Part shown: positions 55,806 through 64,000 of the stretch, piece after piece
How the letters are laid out: each line of letters opens with the position of its first letter
Numbering within the stretch: the stretch's first letter is position 1
DNA from: an uncultured delta proteobacterium
GTDB lineage: Bacteria; Myxococcota_A; Polyangia; Polyangiales; Polyangiaceae
DNA length: 64,000 bases
Assembly (NCBI GenBank): GCA_963841435.1
Contig: CAWJCS010000006.1
Span: forward strand, 384,001 to 448,000
Direction: 5' to 3'
Made by a program: the position numbers and the translations under genes
The notes under the pieces: model-generated
What the model was told of the DNA's origin: nothing
What the model saw: only the letters and a program-made list of their open reading frames with translations
Databases searched by the model: none

Positions 55806-56359
55806 TCCGCGGCGCGGGGTTGGACGTGAGCAAGGGGAGGACGCCGGATGATGCGGGCGAGCTGAAGCGCATCACCCAGGGCGACCTCGGCGGGTTGGGT
55901 GAGCTCTATGATCGGCATGCCCGAAGCCTCTATGCATTCGTACGTGCCGCTGCGCCCGAGGAGGACGCGGAGGACATCGTGCACAACACATTCTTGAGAC
56001 TCTTGGCCGTTGCGGGTTCCTACCGGGGTACGGGTGACGCGCGCGCATGGTTGTTCGGCATCGCCGCTCGGGTGATGCGCGAGCGGCGCCGCTCTTTCGC
56101 GAGGTTTGCGCGGGCGGTGGGTCGCTTCGCGGCCGAGCCCCAACCCTCCTCGGAGCCGCCACCGGCGGACGGCATGGACATCGAGCGCGGCCTCCGAAGG
56201 CTGACGGAGAGCAAGCGAATCGTCCTGGTGTTGGCAGAGGTCGAAGGCTTCACGTGCCCCGAGATTGCCGCCATCCTCGAGGTACCGATTGGCACCGTTT
56301 GGACTCGCCTGCACCATGCCCGGCGCGAGATCCGGCGCTTCGGGGGAGGCGACTCGTGA
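55802..56359 (+). CDS. ECF RNA polymerase sigma factor
   Basis: LGELYDRH, DAEDIVHNTFL, AWLFGIA and EIAAILEVPIGTVWTRLHHARR. Confidence 0.93.
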   Translation: MIRGAGLDVSKGRTPDDAGELKRITQGDLGGLGELYDRHARSLYAFVRAAAPEEDAEDIVHNTFLRLLAVAGSYRGTGDARAWLFGIAARVMRERRRSFARFARAVGRFAAEPQPSSEPPPADGMDIERGLRRLTESKRIVLVLAEVEGFTCPEIAAILEVPIGTVWTRLHHARREIRRFGGGDS

Positions 56360-57342
56360 CGCATTCACCGTGCGCGCGAAAGTGGGAGGTGGAAGCCGCG
56401 CGGGACGGTCGGCTCGGCAACGGTGAGCTCGAAGCGTTCGAGAGGCACCGGGCGCGCTGCAGCGCGTGTGGCCAAGAAGCCGGTTGACTGGATGAGCTAC
56501 GACGTACGCTCTCGTCGGCGCGCCCGGCGGGCCTCGACGATGTGACGCATGAACGATTGAAGCGCCGTGTGCTCGACGACGCGAACCGCTCCCTGACGCA
56601 ACCAGCCGAACGGAGGCCTCACCTTTTGGGCATTCTAGCTGCGTCGCTGCTCTTGGCCGGCGGCACTGCGGCCGTCTACTTCGTCTGGAACTCGGCCTTC
56701 CCGCCGCCGTATGCCGTGGAGGCCTCGGCGGGGACTCGCTGGGACGAGCACCTCGCCTCCGGCGTGCACCGAATGCGGCTCGAGGAGGGGACGCTGTCGA
56801 TCCACGTGGCACGCTCGGCCGGTGAGCCGCGTCTCATTGTCGAGGTTCCGGATGGGGAGATCCGGGATATTGGGACGCGCTTCACCGTTACCGTGGCGGA
56901 TGGGAGGACGCGAGCCATCCGGGTTCAGGAAGGCGCCGTCGAATTCCTTCGGCGTCATGGGTCGCTCGTCGAGGTGAAGGCCGGCGCGGCTTGGCTCGGC
57001 GCTGCTCCCGAGGCACCGGTTACGCCATCCGCGAGCGGTGAGATCGCTGCGCCGAATACTGCGCCACCAGAACGTTCCGCTCGGCAGGGCGGTGCAACGA
57101 CGGCAACCAAAGAAACGCCGCAGCGGCCGCGGGGCGGCGCACCGTCCGAGAGTACAGGTAAAAGTAGCCCGAGCGAGGTATCGCAGAACGACGACCATAC
57201 CGGGGAAGACCTTCAGTATCTCCACGTGCTCGCCCTCGTGAGAGAGGGGCGAGTGGAGGAAGCACGCCTTGCAGCCCAGGACTACCTGCGGCGCTTTCCG
57301 CACGGCTTTCGCCGCATCGAAGTCGAAGAGGTGGCCCGGTGA
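56356..57342 (+). pseudogene. Anti-sigma factor (zinc-finger HxxxCxxC + TM + FecR-like + TPR-like end) interrupted by in-frame TGA at 56485-56487
   Basis: HRARCSAC, then TGA, then the same frame continues LDELRRTL... into a TM, the FecR motif DIGTRFTV...VQEGAV and YLRRFPHG. Confidence 0.78.
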
Positions 57343-58103
57343 CCGACACCAGGAACCGCGTTCCGCGCGTCGTGTTCGCGTATTGGGTAATCAAGGTTGC
57401 GTCGACGACGCTCGGCGAGACGGGCGCGGACATGTTCTCGATGAAGCTCGGTCTCGGCTACGGCACGACGATCTTGCTGTTTCTCGGGTTGTTCGTGATC
57501 CTGCTCGGCATGAAGCTCGCGCTGGGGCGCTACACGCCTTCGTCGTATTGGGCGGTATTTACGGCCTCGGCGATCCTGGGCACGGCGCTCTCGGACTTCA
57601 TCGATCGCACCCTGGGGCTCGGTTACGCTGTAGGTGCCGCGTTTCTGCTGGTCTCGTTGCTCGGAACCCTGGGCATCTGGCGCGCGAAGGAGCGCTCGCT
57701 GTCGGTCGAGCGCATCGAGACTCCGGTCGCGGAGCGCTACTATTGGCTGGCCTTCCTGATCGCGAACACGCTGGGGACGGCAGCGGGAGACTACCTGTCC
57801 GACGATCTCGAGCTGGGATTCCTACAGAGCGCGCTACTCATCGCAGGGCTCTTGGTGCTCACGGCACTCGCGCACTATCTGACGAAGATCTCGGGTGTGC
57901 TCCTTTTCTGGATCGCGTTCGTGCTCACGCGTCCGTTCGGCGCCACCTTCGGTGACCTCTTGACGAAGTCCACCCAACAGGGCGGGTTGGACCTCGGCAC
58001 CTTCGGCGCGTCGGCCGCTTTTGCTGCGCTCATGGCGGTGGCGCTCTGGCGGGAGTCCCGCCTGGAAGCAGGACGGGGCTCGTCGGAGCCGAGCGAATAC
58101 TGA
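57339..58103 (+). CDS. COG4705 (DUF347 repeat) membrane protein
   Basis: VP.V...YWVIKVASTTLGETGADM, GTALSD, NTLGTAAGDYL and FWIAFVLTRPFGATFGDLLTK. Confidence 0.9.
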   Translation: MTDTRNRVPRVVFAYWVIKVASTTLGETGADMFSMKLGLGYGTTILLFLGLFVILLGMKLALGRYTPSSYWAVFTASAILGTALSDFIDRTLGLGYAVGAAFLLVSLLGTLGIWRAKERSLSVERIETPVAERYYWLAFLIANTLGTAAGDYLSDDLELGFLQSALLIAGLLVLTALAHYLTKISGVLLFWIAFVLTRPFGATFGDLLTKSTQQGGLDLGTFGASAAFAALMAVALWRESRLEAGRGSSEPSEY

Positions 58104-58111
58104 CCCCTCGT

Positions 58112-58744
58112 TCAGCAAAACGCGGTCGCGTCGGCTGGGCCGCGAAGGAACGCGAGCCGCACGGCTGCTCGCCGAATCGAGCGCGGTCGGGCTCTCGGCG
58201 ACGCTCGAGCCAGGCTCCTCCGCGGACCCGCTTGGTGCTCGCCGATACGCGCGGTGCCCGGGCCGCGCTCGCGCTCATGTCCGACGACCGCGTGCGGCTC
58301 GTGCTGGCGCGAGTGGGCGACGCGCCGCTCGAGGTGACGTTCGAGCGCCGTCAATCCGATTCTGAGGTCGGAGGCGCTGCAGCTCGCGTCGATGCCCGGC
58401 GATAGCTGTCGCACCTGGTCGCACTCGTCGGCGAGCCGCGAGCCGAGCACTCCGAACCCGTACGAGAAGTACAAGCCGACCGTCCACGGCACGAAGCGTA
58501 CGCCCACGTCCACCCAAATCGGCACTTGTCCTTTGAACACGTCGCCGAGCCCCGCCGTGGCGGTTTCGCGCACCTTGCCGAACGGAAACCCGAAGCCGCT
58601 GCGAAGCCCTGCCGCGAAGTGCGGGTCGGAGCTCGGTGGCGCGGTCGCTTCCTCATCGGGCTCGGGCTCCGACTTTTCGAAGGTGCGCGGCCGAGGCTTG
58701 GGCGCCGAGTGAGCGACCGCCACCGAGCCCACGAGAAAGACCAT
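58112..58744 (-). pseudogene. Truncated outer-membrane beta-barrel-like gene
   Basis: Barrel-like strands (GLRSGFGFPFG, QVPIWVDVGVR, VGLYFSYGFG, CSASDLRIGL) end abruptly near 58350 and run into unrelated sequence. Confidence 0.55.
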
Positions 58745-58884
58745 GCACCGGCACCCAACGCCGCTCGAACCCTCTGCATGACCCCTCGATGATGCCACGA
58801 TCCTCACGAGGCTCCTGGCGCTTTTTTACGCTCTTTACGGGCGATGGTTCGAAAGTCCCACGCCGCGCTGAAGCTGGCGTCGCC

Positions 58885-60957
58885 CTACCAGTCCGAGATG
58901 GTGACGCCCGTGCCGATCAAGAGGGTGAGGGAGAGCGGCACCGCGGCGGTGGCGAAGCGCGGGAATCCGGGCTTTCTCGACGCGTAGTAGGAGGCCACGC
59001 CACCGGCGACGCCACCGAGGAGCGAGACGGGCAGCGCTATCAAGAGCGCGCCCCAGTCGCCTCGGGCGCTCATCACCACGAGCGCGAAGCTCCCGACCGT
59101 TCCGCCGACGATGCCCGTGCTGAGCGCGATCACCCGCCCGGCTTCGTCGTTGCGCGTCGCGTAGGCGAGCGCGCCGATCCCCCCGACGACGGCGGTCGTG
59201 ATCCCGAGATTTCTGAGGAGGCGAGGGTGCTCGCGCGCGCGAAGCCAGCCTCTTTCTCGTTGGGAAGAGGTCTCGTCGCAGGCTTCGGCGACGCCGTCCG
59301 GAATCGGTGGAGCGCAAGCCGCTCGATGAAGCTCGTCGTAACCCGACGCCTTGGCGTCTTCCGCGTCGGTCAAAAGCGGTCCGGCGTAGCGACGCAGATC
59401 CTCGCGCGCGTCGAAGAGGGGCGCGACCCACGGGTTGACCTGAGCGCCCCCCGGGCTCTTTTCGAGACCGTACCGGGCGAGCGCGCGGCTCGCATGCCCG
59501 CCGCGGGCAGCGGCAAGCACCGGTACGAATCCTGCCGCAGCGTGACAGAGGTCGCGGCTCCACCCTGGACGCAAGACGCCTCGGCGATCCAGCTGCGCGA
59601 TCAGGCGCTCGCCCCACACGGGGGCAAGCGAGCATAGGGTCCACGCCGCCACCTCCTCGACGTCCGTGGCACCGGGCCCCGTGCGTTGGGCGAGAGCGTC
59701 CAGATGAACTTGGAGCTCCGGGGGCAAGCGTCCCTGCTGCTCGAGCCAATCCTGGCAGGGCCCGCGGCCGAAGCTACCGCCCGAAAGCGCCAGCAGATGG
59801 CTCTGGATGAAGTCCTGATCGGGATGCTCGCTCGCGAGCACGGTGCGAACGTGCTCCATCGCGGCGTCGCAGGGAGTCTTGGGTCGCGTTCCATCGAACG
59901 ACAGCACGAAGAGATGCGCGACGTCCTCAAAAAAAGACTGGTAGGCGACGACGGCATCGCCGCGCCGCGCGACTTGGGCCACGCCGGGCTTCAGGGCATA
60001 GGGGTTCGAAGTGACTCGAACGACACCGCGAACAACGTCCCACAGCACGGCGCCGTACGGCTCGAACAGCACGAACTGTCGCTCGCTCAGCCGCACCGCC
60101 GCGCTGAACTCGCGATGTTCTGGAAACGCGATCCGGCGCGCCTCTACTTTCGGGCCGAGCAGCCAGGCCTCGTTTCGCTCCGTTCGGTCGGGAGCTTGTC
60201 CGCGCGTGAAGAGCAGTGCCCGATTGCCGTAGGCGAATGCCGAGCGAATGTCTTGCTGCGCAAAGGCCATGCTGAGTACCCAGCGGCCGGTCTCGAGGTC
60301 GAGGATGCGTAGCGCCATCCTCGACTCCCCTTTGCGTGCGGACCGCCGCTCACCCACGATCATCGCTCGCCCGCGCCCAAGGTCCGTCACCTTCCAGACG
60401 CAGGAGCCGTCAGCGTCAACCGTGCGCTTTCGAAAGGTGCGCGTGGCGCCGTCGAACACCAAGAGCTCGTTGCACCGGAGGCCCCCGGCCGGTCCGGTAA
60501 AAATCGCCCGGCCGCCGGACACGGCAACCGCGCTGAGGCCTCGGAGATCGAGAGGCGCATCGAGGGGCTCCATGGCGCCCGTGTCGGGATCAATCAAAGC
60601 CGGCTCTCGTGTGAGGACCTTGCCGGAGTCGAGCGGGATCGGACCGTTCCAGCGTTCGCGCGGCACCGTGGTCGGCCGGCGCTCGCCCGTGAGCGGGTCG
60701 ACGATGTCGCACGGCGCGTCCGACTTCGGGCAGGCGACTGCCCGTCCGTCGGCAAGGAAGAAGACCCAGCCCGTATCCGCCGTCACGGCTTCGCTCAGAC
60801 GCCAGTGCGGCTCACCCTGTGCTGCCGCCGTGGCCGGCCAGAGGAAAAGGAGACCGACGACGGCCCCGAGTCGCCTCATCAATCGCGCCAGGCGCGCCCG
60901 GTCGAGCAAGGGTGCGGTCGTCCCAGGGACGACGGCAGGCCACCGACACCTTCCCAT
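58885..60957 (-). CDS. Exported kelch/beta-propeller-like protein with helical and C-terminal multi-TM regions
   Basis: Signal-like LLFLWPATAAA (alternative start 60879), repeated LxDG-like and DPxTG blades, C-terminal hydrophobic Gly-rich helices. Confidence 0.7.
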   Translation of the reverse strand: MGRCRWPAVVPGTTAPLLDRARLARLMRRLGAVVGLLFLWPATAAAQGEPHWRLSEAVTADTGWVFFLADGRAVACPKSDAPCDIVDPLTGERRPTTVPRERWNGPIPLDSGKVLTREPALIDPDTGAMEPLDAPLDLRGLSAVAVSGGRAIFTGPAGGLRCNELLVFDGATRTFRKRTVDADGSCVWKVTDLGRGRAMIVGERRSARKGESRMALRILDLETGRWVLSMAFAQQDIRSAFAYGNRALLFTRGQAPDRTERNEAWLLGPKVEARRIAFPEHREFSAAVRLSERQFVLFEPYGAVLWDVVRGVVRVTSNPYALKPGVAQVARRGDAVVAYQSFFEDVAHLFVLSFDGTRPKTPCDAAMEHVRTVLASEHPDQDFIQSHLLALSGGSFGRGPCQDWLEQQGRLPPELQVHLDALAQRTGPGATDVEEVAAWTLCSLAPVWGERLIAQLDRRGVLRPGWSRDLCHAAAGFVPVLAAARGGHASRALARYGLEKSPGGAQVNPWVAPLFDAREDLRRYAGPLLTDAEDAKASGYDELHRAACAPPIPDGVAEACDETSSQRERGWLRAREHPRLLRNLGITTAVVGGIGALAYATRNDEAGRVIALSTGIVGGTVGSFALVVMSARGDWGALLIALPVSLLGGVAGGVASYYASRKPGFPRFATAAVPLSLTLLIGTGVTISDW

Positions 60958-61097
60958 GGGGCGAAGTGTAGCGGTTCATCGGCGTTCATGCTGAACGACG
61001 CTCGCACGAGGAAAATCGAAGCCCCCGGGAAATCCCGGGGGCGCCGTGCCGCCAAGGGGTGCCTGCCGGCGGGCGGGCGGGGTGATATACCGGCTTC

Positions 61098-62525
61098 GTG
61101 ACTGATTACGAGCCTGTCATCGGGTTGGAGGTGCACGCGCAGCTGCTCACGAAGAGCAAGCTCTTCTGCTCGTGCTCGACGAATTTCGGCGCGCCGCCGA
61201 ACGCCAACGTGTGCCCGGTGTGCCTGGGGTTGCCGGGGTCGTTGCCGGTCATCAACGAGGACGCCGTGCGCATGGCCGTGCGCGCCGCGCTCGCGCTCGA
61301 CTGCACGATCCACAACCGCAGCATCTTCGCGCGAAAGAACTATTTCTATCCCGACCTTCCCAAGGGCTATCAGATTAGCCAGTACGAGGAGCCGTTTTCG
61401 ACGGACGGCGTGCTCGACATCGACGTCGATGGCGTGTCGAAGCGCGTCGGCATCGTGCGCGTGCACATGGAGGAGGACGCCGGCAAGAACGTGCACGGCG
61501 TGGGCGGCGATTCGCTCGTCGATCTGAACCGCGCGGGCGTGCCGCTCGTGGAGATCGTGGGCGCGCCCGATTTGCGCTCGAGCGCCGAGGCGGCGGCCTA
61601 TTTGCGGGCGCTGCGCGACATTTTGGTGTTCATCGGCGTGAACGACGGCAACCTCGAGGAGGGAAGCTTTCGCTGTGATGCCAACGTTTCGCTCAGGCCG
61701 CGTGGGCAGAAGGAGTTCGGCACGCGCTGCGAGCTCAAGAACATCAATTCGTTCCGCTTCGTGCAGCGCGCCATCGACGCCGAGATCGTCCGGCAGACGG
61801 CCGTGCTCGATGCCGGCGGCAAGATCGCCCAGGAAACGCGCAGCTTCGACCCTGACACGAGCCTCACGAAGACGCTGCGCTCGAAGGAAGAGGCGCACGA
61901 CTACCGATATTTCCCCGAGCCCGACTTGCCGCCGCTCGGTCTCGACGACGCGTTCGTGAGCGAGCAAAAGGGAGCGCTCGGGGAGTTGCCCGTCGCGATG
62001 CGGCAGCGTTACGTCGAGGCGCTGAAGCTGCCGCCCGCCGCGGCCGTCACGCTGACGCAGCATCCGGGCTACGCGCGCTTTTTCGAGGCGACGGTGAACG
62101 TCTTTTCCGAGCCCGTGAAAGTCGCGAACTTTTTCGTCAACGAGGTGCTGCGCGGTGCGAAGGTGCACGGTCTCGACGCGACGTTCAGCGTGACGCCCGC
62201 GCAGGTGGCGGAGCTGCTTTCGCTGGTCGAAAAGGGCGACATCAGCGGCAAACAGGCCAAAGAAGTGTTCTCGGCGATCGAGGGCACGCAAATGCTCCCG
62301 GGCAAGGTGGTCGCCGAGCGCGGGCTCAAGGTCGTTTCCGACAGCGGCGCGATCCAGGCCGCCTGCGAGCGCGTGCTCGGGGCCTTTCCCGATCAGGTGG
62401 CGAGCATCAAGGCCGGCAAGAAGGGCGTGCTCGGCTTCTTGGTGGGCCAGGTGATGAAGGAAACCAAGGGCCAAGCCAACCCCAAGCTCGTGAGCGAGAT
62501 GCTCGAGAAGCTCACGGCGAGCTGA
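61098..62525 (+). CDS. gatB: Asp/Glu-tRNA amidotransferase subunit B
   Basis: VIGLEVHAQL, RKNYFYPDLPKGYQISQ, EGSFRCDANVS and KEEAHDYRYFPEPDL. Confidence 0.98.
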   Translation: MTDYEPVIGLEVHAQLLTKSKLFCSCSTNFGAPPNANVCPVCLGLPGSLPVINEDAVRMAVRAALALDCTIHNRSIFARKNYFYPDLPKGYQISQYEEPFSTDGVLDIDVDGVSKRVGIVRVHMEEDAGKNVHGVGGDSLVDLNRAGVPLVEIVGAPDLRSSAEAAAYLRALRDILVFIGVNDGNLEEGSFRCDANVSLRPRGQKEFGTRCELKNINSFRFVQRAIDAEIVRQTAVLDAGGKIAQETRSFDPDTSLTKTLRSKEEAHDYRYFPEPDLPPLGLDDAFVSEQKGALGELPVAMRQRYVEALKLPPAAAVTLTQHPGYARFFEATVNVFSEPVKVANFFVNEVLRGAKVHGLDATFSVTPAQVAELLSLVEKGDISGKQAKEVFSAIEGTQMLPGKVVAERGLKVVSDSGAIQAACERVLGAFPDQVASIKAGKKGVLGFLVGQVMKETKGQANPKLVSEMLEKLTAS

Positions 62526-62619
62526 TTTGAACCAAGCTCGCGAAGCCGAACCCGCCGCACGTTCTCGCCCCTTGGAAGAACAGATCCCGCCTCGCCCCGA
62601 GCGGCCATACCCTGATTCA

Positions 62620-62628
62620 TGCTAAAAT
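62620..62628 (+). promoter_or_regulatory. Extended -10 element (TG-c-TAAAAT), 7 nt upstream of the hemB ATG
   Basis: No SD present. Geometry fits a leaderless transcript. Confidence 0.55.
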
Positions 62629-62635
62629 AGACTTC

Positions 62636-63604
62636 ATGCTTTCCCGTCCCCGCCGCAACCGCCGCACGGCCGGGATGCGCGCGCTCGTGCGCGAGAACGA
62701 GCTTTCGCCGGCGCGGCTCGTGTGGCCGCTGTTCGTGCAAGACGGGGAGGGGAAGCGCACGCCGATCGGCGCCATGCCGGGGCAGGCGCGGCTCAGCATC
62801 GATCTTTTGGTGGAGACGGCAACGGAGGCGTTTCGCTACGGCGTGCCCGCGGTGGCGCTGTTTCCCGCGCTGCCGGACACCCAGAAGGATCCGCGCGGCT
62901 CCGAGAGCGCGAATTTGTCGGGGCTTTTGCCGCGCGCCGTGCGGGCGCTCAAGTCGGCGCTGCCCGAGCTTTTGGTGATCACGGACGTGGCGCTCGATCC
63001 GTATTCGTCCGACGGGCACGACGGCGTGCTCGTCGACGGCCTCATCGACAACGATCAGACGTTGCCCATCCTCGCCGAGATGGCCGTGACGCAGGCCAAG
63101 GCTGGGGCCGACATCGTGGCGCCGTCGGACATGATGGACGGGCGCGTCGGTGTGATCCGCAAGGCGCTCGACGAAGAGGGCTTCACCGACGTCGCCATCT
63201 GTAGCTACTGCTGCAAGTACGCGTCGGCGTTCTACGGGCCGTTTCGCGAGGCGCTCGATTCGGCGCCGCGCTCGGGCGACAAGAAGACGTACCAGCTCGA
63301 CCCCGGGAACCTGCGCGACTGCGCTCGCGAGATCGCGCTCGACGAGGCCGAGGGCGCCGACTGGCTGCTCGTGAAGCCAGGGCTGCCGTACGCCGACGTG
63401 ATCCGCTACGTGCGCGACCGGACGAGCCTGCCCGTCGCCGCCTACCACGTGAGCGGCGAGTACTCGATGCTCAAGGCCGCCGCCGAGAAGGGTTACATCG
63501 ACTACGACCGCTGCCTGCTGGAGAGCCTGATGTGCTTCCGGCGCGCGGGAGCCGACATCGTGTTCACGTACGCCGCGCTCGAAGCGGCAAAGCTGCTCGC
63601 CTAG
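62636..63604 (+). CDS. hemB: Porphobilinogen synthase (delta-aminolevulinate dehydratase)
   Basis: RPRRNR, DVALDPYSSDGHDG, APSDMMDGRV, VKPG and AYHVSGEYSM. Confidence 0.97.
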   Translation: MLSRPRRNRRTAGMRALVRENELSPARLVWPLFVQDGEGKRTPIGAMPGQARLSIDLLVETATEAFRYGVPAVALFPALPDTQKDPRGSESANLSGLLPRAVRALKSALPELLVITDVALDPYSSDGHDGVLVDGLIDNDQTLPILAEMAVTQAKAGADIVAPSDMMDGRVGVIRKALDEEGFTDVAICSYCCKYASAFYGPFREALDSAPRSGDKKTYQLDPGNLRDCAREIALDEAEGADWLLVKPGLPYADVIRYVRDRTSLPVAAYHVSGEYSMLKAAAEKGYIDYDRCLLESLMCFRRAGADIVFTYAALEAAKLLA

Positions 63605-63621
63605 GCACGGGCCCGCGTCGC

Positions 63622-64000
63622 TCAGCCGAAGTCGACGCGGGCCGCATGCCGGCGGAGCAGCCGCTCCGTGTCGGGTTCGAGCCGGAACGCGCGCAAGAAA
63701 TTTTCGACCGAGTAGCCGCTCTGTCGCTCGCGGATGCGCGCGACGTACGCACGGGCCTCGTCGTTTCTTTGGGCGAGGGCGAGGCATTCGACGGCGATGG
63801 CGAGGATGTGCAGGTGCGCGTTCGGGCGCTCGGTGGCCTTGACGGCCCAGCGGGCCGCCTCGTCGAGCTCGCCGAGGCGCACGTGCGCGAGGGCACGCGA
63901 CGCGAGCATCGCAAACTGCAGGGGGTCGAAGGGGCTGAGCTGGCGCGAGTAGTTCGTGGCGTCGATCGCCGCGCGGGGGTCGCCGGACTGGGCGTGGACG
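63622..64000 (-). CDS. C-terminal TPR region of a TolB-like/transcriptional-regulator-type protein (5' end outside the window)
   Basis: Frame is open from the window end: SRQLSPFDPLQFAMLASRALAH...AARWAVKATERPNAH. Confidence 0.65.
   Translation of the reverse strand, partial: VHAQSGDPRAAIDATNYSRQLSPFDPLQFAMLASRALAHVRLGELDEAARWAVKATERPNAHLHILAIAVECLALAQRNDEARAYVARIRERQSGYSVENFLRAFRLEPDTERLLRRHAARVDFG

Noticed and set aside
56485-56487. Selenocysteine recoding of the anti-sigma TGA
   Set aside because: The position lies in a helical stretch after the CxxC where Arg fits and Cys does not. I saw no convincing SECIS hairpin immediately downstream.
45290-58800. Classical mobile element (prophage, ICE or transposon) carrying the block
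   Set aside because: No integrase, transposase, tRNA target or terminal repeats recognised. Only scars and a composition shift are visible.

Overview
High-GC bacterial chromosome segment. Gene content points to a myxobacterium, probably Polyangiales/Sorangiineae: an MXAN_5187-like gene, Cys-rich repeat lipoproteins, a split nuoEF-JKLMN cluster and a myxobacterial-type LexA box. About 57 CDS are supported. Most are housekeeping or envelope genes: trxB, family-4 UDG, lexA, tonB-exbBD, ychF, nuoEFJKLMN, galK, hisC, holB, thiE, yeaH/spoVR, gatB, hemB. No rRNA, tRNA, CRISPR array, integrase or transposase was recognised. Two patches (about 17.5-21.7 kb and 41.8-43.7 kb) carry dense, mostly +1 frameshifts in conserved genes, most likely long-read consensus errors. 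The most interesting part is an accessory block at about 45.6-58.1 kb, flanked by gene remnants. It holds a CusA/CzcA-type RND pump, three uncharacterised lipoproteins, a stand-alone Tat-type Rieske protein, a putative outer-membrane barrel, an ECF sigma factor, a zinc-finger/FecR anti-sigma and a COG4705 membrane protein. All three predicted transcription units of the block are preceded by the same bipartite motif, TGAAGGYTCC-N10-GGCCAA, which looks like the promoter of the resident ECF sigma. This suggests a self-contained ECF-controlled efflux/metal-handling regulon, and the anti-sigma carries an in-frame stop. Also noted: SOS-box-like sites within the lexA promoter, many apparently leaderless genes, a NuoL with an extra C-terminal domain, and a GH12-fold lipoprotein lacking the catalytic nucleophile. 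All family assignments come from motif recognition by eye, not from database searches.
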